A DNA stretch of 64,000 bases. It comes from Candidatus Avamphibacillus intestinigallinarum (GTDB lineage Bacteria > Bacillota > Bacilli > Bacillales > Amphibacillaceae). A model generated the notes under the pieces. It was given only the letters and a program-made list of their open reading frames with translations. It was not told the DNA's origin and did no database searches. The DNA lies in the NCBI GenBank assembly GCA_018711205.1, contig DVIO01000104.1, positions 1,652 to 65,651 of the forward strand. The letters are read 5' to 3'. Below, in pieces: positions 29,624-38,404 of this stretch. The translations under genes were made by a program, and so were the position numbers. Every line of letters starts with the position of its first letter. The first letter of the stretch is position 1.

Positions 29624-30850
29624 TTGACTGAAAACAACAATGAACAAGAACCACAAGAACAAAAAGTAAACATTCCCCCTAAGCATAAACATTCTTTTCG
29701 TTCAGCATTTTTCGGTGGGTTATGTGGTGGAATTATTGCAACCATCGCAATTCTTGCATTGTTTATGAACCAGCTACTCCCGTTAGATGCATTACAAATA
29801 TCCGCTGCTGAGGATCAGCAAAATAGTGGACAAACTCAAGAAACAAAAAATTTGCAAAATGCGTTTAGCAGCGACGGTGAAACAGCTGATTTAACCAATA
29901 TTTCTGAAGCAGTCGTTGGTGTCATCAATATGCAGGAACAAAGCCTATGGACTCCTGAGAAAGAAGCAGGTTCTGGCTCAGGGATTATTTATAAAAAATC
30001 TGGTAATAAAGCATATGTTGTTACCAATAACCACGTCGTTGATCAAGCTAAGCATATTAAAGTTCAACTATATAATGAGAAAAAACTGGACGCTAAAGTA
30101 ATTGGTAAAGACGCCGTTAGTGACTTAGCTGTATTGGAAGTGCCTGCTAAGGAAATCAATACGGTTGCCGAGTTTGGTGATTCAACAAAACTAAACGTTG
30201 GTGACAACGTGATTGCAATTGGTAATCCGCTTAACATGAATTTATCAGGAACTGTTACAAAAGGGATTATTAGTGGACTAAATCGTTCCGTTCCGGTAGA
30301 CACAACTGGAAATAATCAAACAGATTGGGAAACCGAGGTCATCCAAACAGATGCAGCGATTAATCCCGGAAACAGTGGTGGTGCACTTGTAACCAATGAT
30401 GGTAAGGTCGTTGGCATCAATTCTATGAAAGTGGCACAAGAATCTGTTGAGGGTATTGGTTTTTCGATTCCAATTAATACTGCAAAACCGATTATTAAAG
30501 AACTTGAAACAAAAGGTGAAGTCAGTCGTTCATATCTTGGTTTAAGTATGGCCAATGCAAGTGACGTTCCAGAGGAATATCAAGACCGTGTCAGTTTACC
30601 AAAAAATGCTGATGATGGCGTTGTTGTTGCCGATGTTGAAGATCGTTCTCCTGCAGCCAGTGCAGGCTTAAAACAATTTGATACAATTATTAAAATCAAT
30701 GATAAACAAGTTCACTCGTATTTGGATATTAAAAGTTATCTCTATTCCTCTACAAAACCGAATGACAAAGTTACACTTACTATCTTAAGAGACGGAAAAA
30801 CAATGAAGAAATCAATTAAACTAGGCACTGTTAAGCATAACCAAAATTAA
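29624..30850 (+). CDS. HtrA/DegP-family membrane-anchored serine protease with PDZ domain
   Basis: N-terminal TM, catalytic GNSGGAL, C-terminal PDZ; start TTG 29624 (AAGGTG RBS) or GTG 29615. Confidence 0.9.
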   Translation: MTENNNEQEPQEQKVNIPPKHKHSFRSAFFGGLCGGIIATIAILALFMNQLLPLDALQISAAEDQQNSGQTQETKNLQNAFSSDGETADLTNISEAVVGVINMQEQSLWTPEKEAGSGSGIIYKKSGNKAYVVTNNHVVDQAKHIKVQLYNEKKLDAKVIGKDAVSDLAVLEVPAKEINTVAEFGDSTKLNVGDNVIAIGNPLNMNLSGTVTKGIISGLNRSVPVDTTGNNQTDWETEVIQTDAAINPGNSGGALVTNDGKVVGINSMKVAQESVEGIGFSIPINTAKPIIKELETKGEVSRSYLGLSMANASDVPEEYQDRVSLPKNADDGVVVADVEDRSPAASAGLKQFDTIIKINDKQVHSYLDIKSYLYSSTKPNDKVTLTILRDGKTMKKSIKLGTVKHNQN

Positions 30851-30881
30851 AAAGAAGGGACTAAAGTCTCTTCTTTTTTTA
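30851..30881 (+). terminator. Terminator after htrA-like gene
   Basis: AAGAAGGGACT/AGTCTCTTCTT stem then T-run. Confidence 0.8.
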
Positions 30882-31022
30882 TGTTATAAACATTATAATA
30901 ACAATACTTAGCGCACTTTATCCAATATACATAGCTCGTATGATTTAAAAATTTGCAATAATTAGTTTCTTAAGTCTATTTAGTTGAATATGTGCGTAAA
31001 TTTTAAAAAAGGAAGTGATCTT

Positions 31023-31802
31023 ATGAACTGTCCAAATTGCGGGGCACATGTTGAATCTGGAAAGTTTTGTCCAAAATGTGGGACTTCACTTGTACAAGAA
31101 CAAGCAGCCCATCCAGAAACGGCATCGACTACTGGAGAACCTGCTGCACCACAAGCACCTACTCCACAAACAGCAAATAATCAGGCTACACAAAATGAAT
31201 TTGTTGATAATGTAAAATCCACAAGTTCGAATTTCGGTCAATTCTTTATGACCTTACTGAAGACGCCAGGCGCAGCACAAAAAGCAAATGGAAATGATAT
31301 GATTTCCGGACTCATTACACTTATCATTTACGGTCTTTTAGCTGGCCTACTCTTCTATCTAAACGGAGGGAGCAACCCAGAATTTGGGGATGAGTTTTTC
31401 AAACCATTCCTACAAATTGTTGGTATGCTTGCAATATTTGTTATAGCAACATTTGGTGCTGGTAAGTTAACGATGCAGGATTTATCATTCCAAGATACAA
31501 TTGCTAAATACGGGGCATACACGGTACCATTCTTACTTGTATTTGCCGTTGCTTTCCTTGCAACATTAGTTGATTTGTATACAGTTGCAAATATTTTATC
31601 AGCAGCAAGTGTGTTAGGAATTGGCTTTATCATTCCTGTCCTGATTCTAAGAGAGCAACCAATCAAAGGATTTGATCATGTCTATTTAATGGTCATTCTA
31701 TCCATCATTTCAATCATTTCTATATTTTATCTTGGACGCTTCTTAATCAACATAGATATCATTAATCAACTTAATTCAATAACTGACATGTTTGATTTCT
31801 GA
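31023..31802 (+). CDS. Zinc-ribbon domain membrane protein
   Basis: MNCPNCG..CPKCG double CxxC, Pro/Ala/Gln-rich linker, then ~5 TM helices; ATG 31023 behind AAGGAAGTGA (track start 30984 rejected). Confidence 0.75.
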   Translation: MNCPNCGAHVESGKFCPKCGTSLVQEQAAHPETASTTGEPAAPQAPTPQTANNQATQNEFVDNVKSTSSNFGQFFMTLLKTPGAAQKANGNDMISGLITLIIYGLLAGLLFYLNGGSNPEFGDEFFKPFLQIVGMLAIFVIATFGAGKLTMQDLSFQDTIAKYGAYTVPFLLVFAVAFLATLVDLYTVANILSAASVLGIGFIIPVLILREQPIKGFDHVYLMVILSIISIISIFYLGRFLINIDIINQLNSITDMFDF

Positions 31803-31810
31803 TAAGCATT

Positions 31811-32062
31811 AAAAAGAAGATGGGACATAACTAAAGTAACCAATCATAAAAACGAACAATAGATATAAGAGTATACAATCGTTTCAGAAATATACATCGC
31901 GTTCCGCGGGCACGGCTTCAGCCTCCTCGGAAGAAAGACACTTCCTGCGGGGTCTTCAGACACGTGCTGTTCCCGCTGGAGTCTCGTATATTTCCTTACT
32001 CCATATCTTCATTGTTCGTTTTTTAAATGCATTTAACTACTTTTGTCCCAGCCTCTTTTTTT
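31811..32062. repeat. Nested imperfect palindrome (~250 nt) with GC-rich apex; MITE/REP-like element in terminator slot
   Basis: Tiered inverted repeats: TGGGACA/TGTCCCA outer arms, perfect 13-bp 31848-31860 / 32011-32023, perfect 9-bp 31887-31895 / 31986-31994, GC-rich apex 31896-31985; no ORF. Confidence 0.75.
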
Positions 32063-32738
32063 AATCTGTTAACTCTTCATTTTTCCTTAGTTCTTCGCTT
32101 CCTTCATAAGAACCGTTTATATCGGCATAAAGCATATCTTCAACTGCAGATAACTCTTCTGAGTCTTCTCCTGAAGGATTGACATAATCCTCCCAAGTTG
32201 TTGATGGGTTTGTCGATGACGTTCCATATCGTTCTACATCTTGCCAAGCGTCTTCTGCATCATATTCCACTTCATCTTTAAAACGATTCTTAAATGCTCC
32301 GTCATACATTTCTTCTTCAATTGGTCGCTCTGTTTGAACAAATGTATCGACATCGGCATGCTTAATACAATATTTCGTCGTCGGTACCGCTTCAAGTCGT
32401 TCGACCGGAATCGCTTCACCACATACTTGGCAAATGCCATACGTGTTTTCATTTAGAGCATGTAACGCTTCATTAATCTCTTCAAGTTCGACTTCAACAT
32501 GCTCGTTTAACGCGTTTTCTCTTTGCCTATCGTATAAAGCCGTTCCCTCATCGCCCGGATGATTATCATAACTTGATAACTCTCCTAACGATTCTTGGGG
32601 GAATGCCAATTCCATATGATTAGACTTTTCAACACGATCGATTAGTTTATGCTGTCTCTCTTGTAATGTTGTTTGTAATTTAGCTTTTTCAGCGTTAGAA
32701 AGCAAAGCGTCGCCCCCATTTTTAAAAATGCCTTTCAC
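32061..32738 (-). CDS. DksA/TraR C4 zinc-finger protein (YteA family)
   Basis: CQVCGEAIPVERLEAVPTTKYCIKH four-Cys finger after coiled-coil region; acidic C-terminal extension. Confidence 0.8.
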   Translation of the reverse strand: MKGIFKNGGDALLSNAEKAKLQTTLQERQHKLIDRVEKSNHMELAFPQESLGELSSYDNHPGDEGTALYDRQRENALNEHVEVELEEINEALHALNENTYGICQVCGEAIPVERLEAVPTTKYCIKHADVDTFVQTERPIEEEMYDGAFKNRFKDEVEYDAEDAWQDVERYGTSSTNPSTTWEDYVNPSGEDSEELSAVEDMLYADINGSYEGSEELRKNEELTD

Positions 32739-32773
32739 TTTATGAAAGCATCTTTATTATATGTAATCGGGAC

Positions 32774-33232
32774 CTACTCATTCAAAGACGGTACAGTTTT
32801 TAGCATGTCAATATGTGGGATACCGACATCTTCATATACGTCACTAACCGTTTCAAAACCAAGCGCACCATAAAATGCTTCTAAATGTGCTTGGGCTTGT
32901 ACTTTAATCTGTGCTGGTTTCCAGTTTTTTTCTATATACTCAATGCCTGAAGCTAACATTTTAGAGGCAAGCCCTTCATGTCTCGACTCCTTCACGGTTA
33001 ATACACGTCCGATGGATGGTTGTTCATATTTAACCCCTGCTGGCAATAATCGACTATACGCCACAATTTGGTCATTTTCCTTAATAAAACAATGCATTGC
33101 CTTTAAATCCAAATTGTCTAAATCTCGGTCCATACAATGTTGCTCCAAGACAAATACATCTAGTCTTGCTTGCATGATTTGATACAATTCTTCATTCTGT
33201 AAATCCGTAAATGATTTGATTAGAAACTCCAT
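32774..33232 (-). CDS. GNAT-family N-acetyltransferase (ElaA-like)
   Basis: 152 aa with acetyl-CoA binding region RHEGLASKML and ElaA-like N-terminus. Confidence 0.8.
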   Translation of the reverse strand: MEFLIKSFTDLQNEELYQIMQARLDVFVLEQHCMDRDLDNLDLKAMHCFIKENDQIVAYSRLLPAGVKYEQPSIGRVLTVKESRHEGLASKMLASGIEYIEKNWKPAQIKVQAQAHLEAFYGALGFETVSDVYEDVGIPHIDMLKTVPSLNE

Positions 33233-33381
33233 TTTGTTTGCTCCTCACCTTAACGTTAACTTTATTTTACGAAACATTTAATCAAAAATAAACTTAAAAC
33301 TTTGTTATGATTGTTTACAGAGCATTCAGATATATTATGATGGACTTTAAGACATTCATGAATTAGAAAGGATGGAGGAAT

Positions 33382-34254
33382 TTGAGTAAACAAACAATCG
33401 GATTTGTCGGTACGGGTGTGATGGGAAAAAGTATGGCAAAGCATTTACAACAAGCAGGTCATCCCATTCATATTTATACAAGAACCAAACAAAAAGCTAC
33501 AGACTTAATGAATAATGGTGCATTTTGGCATGATTCAGTTGCTTCTTTAGCAAACGCTAGTGACGTCATCATTACAATGGTTGGTTATCCAAAGGATGTT
33601 GAAGAAGTGTATTTTGGCGACAAGGGCATTATTGAAAATGCGCAACCTGGTACATATGTGATTGACATGACGACATCTAAACCAACGCTTGCGGAAGAAA
33701 TTGCGAAACATGCTAGTGAAAAAGGCATCCACGCGCTTGACGCCCCTGTTTCTGGTGGTGATATTGGCGCGAGGGATGCGACACTGTCGATTATGGTCGG
33801 TGGAGCGAAAGCAGACTATGACAAAATGCTTCCAATATTTGAATTAATGGGACAAACCATTTACTTACATGGTGAAGCAGGTTCGGGTCAACATACAAAG
33901 ATGTGCAATCAAATTACGAATGCACTTAATATGATTGGCGTTTGTGAAGCGATTATTTATGCGAAAAAGGCTGGACTTGATCCGATCAAAATGATTGATA
34001 CAGTGAAATCCGGTGCAGCTGGTAGCTGGGCACTTGCTAACCTTGGCCCGCGTATTTTAAAAGAGGATTATGCACCTGGATTTTATGTGAAACATTTTAT
34101 TAAAGATATGACCATAGCATTAGAAACAGCAAAAGAACTTGAGATTCATCTTCCTGGACTGGAGCTTGCTCTGCAACTTTATGAAGAATTAAGTGAAATG
34201 GGCGAGGGTGATTCTGGCACACAAGCATTAATGAAATATTTCGAACGTGCATAA
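33382..34254 (+). CDS. ykwC: NAD(P)-dependent beta-hydroxyacid dehydrogenase (YkwC-like)
   Basis: GFVGTGVMG Rossmann motif, DAPVSGG, HTKMCNQI; high colinearity with remembered B. subtilis YkwC; TTG start with GGATGGAGG RBS. Confidence 0.85.
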   Translation: MSKQTIGFVGTGVMGKSMAKHLQQAGHPIHIYTRTKQKATDLMNNGAFWHDSVASLANASDVIITMVGYPKDVEEVYFGDKGIIENAQPGTYVIDMTTSKPTLAEEIAKHASEKGIHALDAPVSGGDIGARDATLSIMVGGAKADYDKMLPIFELMGQTIYLHGEAGSGQHTKMCNQITNALNMIGVCEAIIYAKKAGLDPIKMIDTVKSGAAGSWALANLGPRILKEDYAPGFYVKHFIKDMTIALETAKELEIHLPGLELALQLYEELSEMGEGDSGTQALMKYFERA

Positions 34255-34362
34255 AAAAGGGCCTGGGACAAAAGTAAGTAGGAGCATCAAACCATGTACA
34301 AAGCATATAGACAATATGCATGTTTTGATTCGTTTACTTCAAGTATGTCCCAGGCTCTTTTT
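34253..34362. repeat. Shorter nested palindrome sharing the GGGACA outer arms; bidirectional terminator
   Basis: AAAAAAGGGCCTGGGACA (34253-34270) pairs with TGTCCCAGGCTCTTTTT (34346-34362); inner ATCAAACCATG/CATGTTTTGAT and CATAT/ATATG tiers. Confidence 0.75.
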
Positions 34363-34675
34363 AACCTTTAGGCTGTTTATCAATTTCGCTTTGAACGACA
34401 AATGCAAGATCATGATTTTCAAATAACTGCAATACGGCTATGACAATGTCATTTGAAATCTCTTCTGCTTCTTGTTTAGGTACGGTTTTTTCAACACCTT
34501 CTTGTAACGCTTTATTTTTACCTTGTCCTGGATAAGCCTTCTCATACATTGCGACTGGATCGAGATCATGATTGATACACCATTGCGCAAACACAACGAC
34601 CATCATGGCTTCGTCTTTCTGGTATTGTTCAATGATTTTTTGCTCAAGTTCTGTTCGTTCATTAAATTGTTCCAT
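34361..34675 (-). CDS. Hypothetical 104-aa protein
   Basis: ORF with GGAGG RBS lying directly after the csp terminator U-tract; no family recognised. Confidence 0.55.
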   Translation of the reverse strand: MEQFNERTELEQKIIEQYQKDEAMMVVVFAQWCINHDLDPVAMYEKAYPGQGKNKALQEGVEKTVPKQEAEEISNDIVIAVLQLFENHDLAFVVQSEIDKQPKG

Positions 34676-34692
34676 TCTTATCCTCCAAACAA

Positions 34693-34727
34693 AAAAGGGC
34701 TATCTCAATTTGAGATAAACCCTTTAT
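34693..34727 (-). terminator. Intrinsic terminator of csp, abutting the RBS of the next ORF
   Basis: Minus strand GGGTTTATCTCA-AAT-TGAGATAGCCC then TTTTTTGTTT running straight into GGAGG. Confidence 0.8.
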
Positions 34728-34746
34728 TCTAATATTTATAGTTCGA

Positions 34747-34944
34747 TTACGCGCGAACAACGTTAGCCGCTTGTGGCCCACGGTTACCTTCAACGATTTC
34801 GAATTCTACATCTTCGCCTTCTTCAAGTGTTTTGAAGCCTTCAGCTTGGATAGCTGAGAAGTGTACGAATACATCGTCTCCATCTTCGCGTTCGATAAAA
34901 CCGAATCCTTTTTCAGCGTTAAACCATTTTACTTTTCCTGTCAT
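34747..34944 (-). CDS. Cold-shock protein (CspA family)
   Basis: 65 aa, RNP1 KGFGFI and RNP2 VFVHF motifs; long 5' UTR typical of csp genes. Confidence 0.96.
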   Translation of the reverse strand: MTGKVKWFNAEKGFGFIEREDGDDVFVHFSAIQAEGFKTLEEGEDVEFEIVEGNRGPQAANVVRA

Positions 34945-35062
34945 TTACATGACCTCCTAAACAAATATCGTGCAAAACTAATTGAAAGACAAATACTTTT
35001 ACACCACTTTGTTTAAAGAGATCGTAAAGTACTTTCAACTTCAATTTCCTTTTGCTTACTTT

Positions 35063-35091
35063 ACTTTACCCTTTTTATGCGATAAAAGCAA
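35063..35091 (-). promoter_or_regulatory. Sigma-A promoter candidate for csp
   Basis: Minus strand TTGCTT-N17-TAAAGT; predicts ~110-nt 5' UTR. Confidence 0.55.
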
Positions 35092-35163
35092 GTTAATCGT
35101 CATTTATTTTTTTAAAAACTCATTCCATTCACTTTTTTTACGTGTATGCGTCTTAATATTCAT

Positions 35164-35192
35164 TTGAACGTCTGTTTAGATACTGCTATAAT
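35164..35192 (+). promoter_or_regulatory. Sigma-A promoter for trhO
   Basis: TTGAAC-N17-TATAAT. Confidence 0.7.
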
Positions 35193-35276
35193 AATTCTTG
35201 CAAGATTATAAATTCAAATTAAAACACCCCATACATTTGTATCTTGCAAATATAAATGAATAGGTGGTTCATTCAC

Positions 35277-36254
35277 ATGGAAGAAAGTTTAGACTATCAA
35301 GTACTACTATATTACAAATTCGTACCGATTGAAGATCCAGAAACCTTTGCAGACGAGCATCTGCGTTACTGTAAAGAGCTAGGATTAAAAGGTCGTATTC
35401 TTGTTGCCGAGGAAGGCATCAATGGTACAGTTTCCGGTACAATCGAACAAACTGAAACTTATATGAATATGATGCACGAGGATCCGCGATTTGCTGATAT
35501 GACGTTCAAAATCGATCAAGAAAATCAACATGCCTTCAAAAAAATGCATGTACGTCCACGACCGGAACTCGTTACACTCCGTCTAGATGATGCAGTAAGC
35601 CCGATGGATAAAACAGGGACCTTCCTAAGTCCACAAGAATTCCATGAAGCTATGGAAGACGAAAATGCCATCATTCTTGATACCCGCAATGATTATGAAT
35701 TTGATCTAGGGCATTTCCGTGGAGCGGTCAATCCAGATATTGAATCATTCCGCGATTTTCCAGAATGGATTCGCAATCATAAAGATGAATTAAAAGATAA
35801 AAAAGTACTTACCTATTGTACAGGTGGAATTCGTTGTGAGAAAGTGACCGGCTGGTTAATGGATGAAGGCATAGAAGATGTCAATCAATTACATGGCGGA
35901 ATTGTCACATACGGAAAAGATCCTGAAGTAAAAGGGGCAAAATGGGACGGACAATGTTATGTGTTCGATGAACGAATTTCTGTTCCTATTAATCATGTAG
36001 AACATGTAGTTGTTGGCCGCGATTACTTTGATGGCACACCTTGTGAACGCTATGCGAACTGTGCCAATCCAGAATGTAACAAACAAATATTATGTAGTGA
36101 AGAAAATGAACACAAATACTTGCGAGGTTGTACGCATGAATGTCGTGTAAGCCCACGTAACTTATATGTGAAAGAGCATAACTTATCTACAGAAGAAATC
36201 AACGAACGCCTTGAAGCCATTGCCAACGAAGAAAAACAAATGGAAAATGCATAA
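35277..36254 (+). CDS. trhO: Rhodanese-domain tRNA uridine(34) hydroxylase TrhO (UPF0176/YbfQ)
   Basis: UPF0176 N-domain, rhodanese active loop [10 protein letters not shown]-terminal Cys-rich tail; ATG 35277 behind AGGTGG. Confidence 0.85.
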   Translation: MEESLDYQVLLYYKFVPIEDPETFADEHLRYCKELGLKGRILVAEEGINGTVSGTIEQTETYMNMMHEDPRFADMTFKIDQENQHAFKKMHVRPRPELVTLRLDDAVSPMDKTGTFLSPQEFHEAMEDENAIILDTRNDYEFDLGHFRGAVNPDIESFRDFPEWIRNHKDELKDKKVLTYCTGGIRCEKVTGWLMDEGIEDVNQLHGGIVTYGKDPEVKGAKWDGQCYVFDERISVPINHVEHVVVGRDYFDGTPCERYANCANPECNKQILCSEENEHKYLRGCTHECRVSPRNLYVKEHNLSTEEINERLEAIANEEKQMENA

Positions 36255-36262
36255 TGATAATC

Positions 36263-36301
36263 AGAACTGCTAAAGTAAATCTTAGCAGTTCTTTATATTT
36301 T
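36263..36301 (+). terminator. Hairpin terminator between trhO and gpx
   Basis: AGAACTGCTAA/TTAGCAGTTCT stem then TTATATTTT. Confidence 0.65.
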
Positions 36302-36322
36302 CTTATAGATAGAGGTGAGGAA

Positions 36323-36805
36323 ATGTCAGTCTATGAACATGAAGCTTATTTAGCAAATGGTGAACTCAAATCCCTTACAGCTTATCAAGGTGATGTATTA
36401 TTAATTGTGAATACAGCAAGTGGATGTCATTTCACCAAGCAATTTACAGGACTTCAAGCATTGTACGAACGTTATCATGCACAAGGATTTCATGTTCTTG
36501 CTTTTCCGAGTAATCAATTTTTAAATCAAGAACTAAAATCCAATCGGGAAATCATGACTTTTTGTGAAACAACTTATCATGTATCATTTCCAATTTTTCA
36601 AAAAATACGGGTAAACGGTAAAGAACAGCATCCTCTCTATCGATACTTAACAACAGCGCAATCCGGTCTCTTCAATAAATCCATTAAATGGAACTTCACC
36701 AAGTTTCTCATCAATCGCAAAGGACAAGTTGTAAAGCGTTATGCTCCTACCGTTAAACCAGAACAGATTCAAGCAGATATTGAAAAAGCGCTTCTTTCCA
36801 CATAA
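36323..36805 (+). CDS. Glutathione peroxidase family protein
   Basis: 160 aa; NTASGC peroxidatic Cys region, FPSNQF, WNFTKFL motifs; start ATG 36323 behind AGAGGTGAGG. Confidence 0.88.
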   Translation: MSVYEHEAYLANGELKSLTAYQGDVLLIVNTASGCHFTKQFTGLQALYERYHAQGFHVLAFPSNQFLNQELKSNREIMTFCETTYHVSFPIFQKIRVNGKEQHPLYRYLTTAQSGLFNKSIKWNFTKFLINRKGQVVKRYAPTVKPEQIQADIEKALLST

Positions 36806-36855
36806 AAAAGCTGTATGAAACGATGATAAACCGCTTCATACAGCTTTACTTTTTT
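36805..36855. terminator. Bidirectional terminator (gpx / proS)
   Basis: AAAGCTGTATGAA/TTCATACAGCTTT 13-bp stem with A/T flanks. Confidence 0.85.
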
Positions 36856-38293
36856 AATAAGCTTTTGCCCAATACACAAGTTCTTTTGCTTCTTTTCCAC
36901 AGCAAACACATGTGTCTGAAATACTTTCTTGTTCCTCGGGAATACAACGTGATGTTGCAGATGTCTCTTCTTTAATTTTCTCTTCACAAGCATCCTCACC
37001 ACACCACATCGCTTTAATGAATCCGCCTTTATTTTCAAGAACCTCTTTGAATTCATTAAATGACTTCACTGCAGTCGTCATATCCTCACGATGTTTCAAG
37101 GCTTGATCATATAAATTCTGTTGTACCTCTTCTAACAACTTCGGTAAACGTTCCTCTAATTCCGTAAGAGGTACGAATTCTTTCTCACCTGTGTCTCGTC
37201 TAGCTAAAACAACTTGTTCTTTCTCAATATCCTTCGGTCCGAATTCGATACGGACTGGAATACCTTTCATTTCATACTCATTGAATTTCCATCCTGGCAT
37301 TTTATCGCTGGCATCAATATCAACACGTACAAGATCTTTCAACTGATCGCGTAAATCGTATGCCTTATCCAGTACACCTTCTTTATGTTGTGCAATCGGT
37401 ACAATCATCGCTTGTGTTGGCGCAATACGCGGAGGTACAACAAGCCCACGATTATCACTATGTACCATAATTAAGGCACCCATAATCCGTGTTGAAACAC
37501 CCCAAGATGTTTGATGAGCAAATTGACTGTCACCATTTTCATCAAGGTATGTAATATCAAATGCTTCAGCAAAACCAGTTCCGAAGTAATGAGATGTACC
37601 TGATTGTAAAGCTTTCCCGTCATGCATCAAAGCTTCAATTGTTAACGTGTATTCTGCTCCTGCAAATTTTTCACGTTCTGTTTTACGTCCTCTATATACT
37701 GGGATTGCTAAATATTTCTCAGCTAAATCTGCATATTCTTTCAACATGCGATTTGTTTCATGTTCAGCATCTCCTTTTGTCGCATGTGCCGTATGCCCTT
37801 CTTGCCAGTGGAATTCCGATGAACGTAAAAATGGTCTTGTCGTCTTTTCCCAACGTACAACATTCGCCCATTGATTGTATAGTTTTGGTAAGTCACGATA
37901 AGAATGGATATTTTTGGAATAATAATCACAAAATAGCACTTCAGATGTTGGTCTGATTGCTAGGCGTTCAACCAATTCATCTTCCCCACCATGCGTTACC
38001 CAAGCTACCTCTGGCGCAAAGCCTTCAACATGATCTTTTTCTTTTTGTAGTAAACTTTCTGGAATAAATAATGGAAAAGAAACGTTTGAATGACCTGTTT
38101 CTTTAATTTTTCGGTCGAGTTCATTTTTAATATTTTCCCAAATGGCATATCCATAAGGTTTCATAATCATCGTGCCACGTACTTGTCCATAATCAACCAA
38201 TTCAGCTTGCTTCACAACATCTGTATACCACTGCGCGAAGTCATCTTCCATTGCTGTAATTTTTTCAACAAAATCTTTGTTTTTCTTTCCCAT
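36854..38293 (-). CDS. proS: Prolyl-tRNA synthetase, archaeal/eukaryote-like type (no INS editing domain, C-terminal Zn-binding domain)
   Basis: 479 aa; class II motifs, N-terminal FAQWYTDV..., C-terminal CxxC..CxxC; start ATG 38293/38296 behind GAAGGTG. Confidence 0.9.
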   Translation of the reverse strand: MGKKNKDFVEKITAMEDDFAQWYTDVVKQAELVDYGQVRGTMIMKPYGYAIWENIKNELDRKIKETGHSNVSFPLFIPESLLQKEKDHVEGFAPEVAWVTHGGEDELVERLAIRPTSEVLFCDYYSKNIHSYRDLPKLYNQWANVVRWEKTTRPFLRSSEFHWQEGHTAHATKGDAEHETNRMLKEYADLAEKYLAIPVYRGRKTEREKFAGAEYTLTIEALMHDGKALQSGTSHYFGTGFAEAFDITYLDENGDSQFAHQTSWGVSTRIMGALIMVHSDNRGLVVPPRIAPTQAMIVPIAQHKEGVLDKAYDLRDQLKDLVRVDIDASDKMPGWKFNEYEMKGIPVRIEFGPKDIEKEQVVLARRDTGEKEFVPLTELEERLPKLLEEVQQNLYDQALKHREDMTTAVKSFNEFKEVLENKGGFIKAMWCGEDACEEKIKEETSATSRCIPEEQESISDTCVCCGKEAKELVYWAKAY

Positions 38294-38334
38294 CATCGCA
38301 CCTTCTTTATATGTAATCAGAATATATTCAAAAG

Positions 38335-38360
38335 AATAGTCCCACCGAAATGGGACTATT
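38335..38360 (-). terminator. Hairpin terminator/attenuator between pdxK and proS
   Basis: Perfect 10-bp AATAGTCCCA/TGGGACTATT stem, 6-nt loop, followed on minus strand by CTTTTGAA. Confidence 0.6.
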
Positions 38361-38404
38361 TTTAAATGTTTTAAAGGAATACTTATCGACATTATTCTTT
38401 ATTA

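Noticed and set aside
29548-29745. 65-aa minus-strand ORF spanning the cssR / htrA control region
   Set aside because: It overlaps the htrA start on the opposite strand, is Cys-rich, and has no RBS.
30984-31022. Upstream TTG start of the zinc-ribbon membrane protein
   Set aside because: The RBS AAGGAAGTGA sits inside this extension and serves ATG 31023 (MNCPNCG).
36254-36322. ATG at 36254 overlapping the trhO stop, as the start of the glutathione peroxidase ORF
   Set aside because: The extension encodes the terminator hairpin. Homology to Gpx starts at ATG 36323, which has a strong RBS.
38294-38392. In-frame upstream extension of proS, and a possible T-box riboswitch
   Set aside because: The extension would translate through a 10-bp terminator hairpin and has no RBS. 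The leader is too short (~100 nt) for a T-box and lacks the conserved T-box sequence, so it is not called as one.
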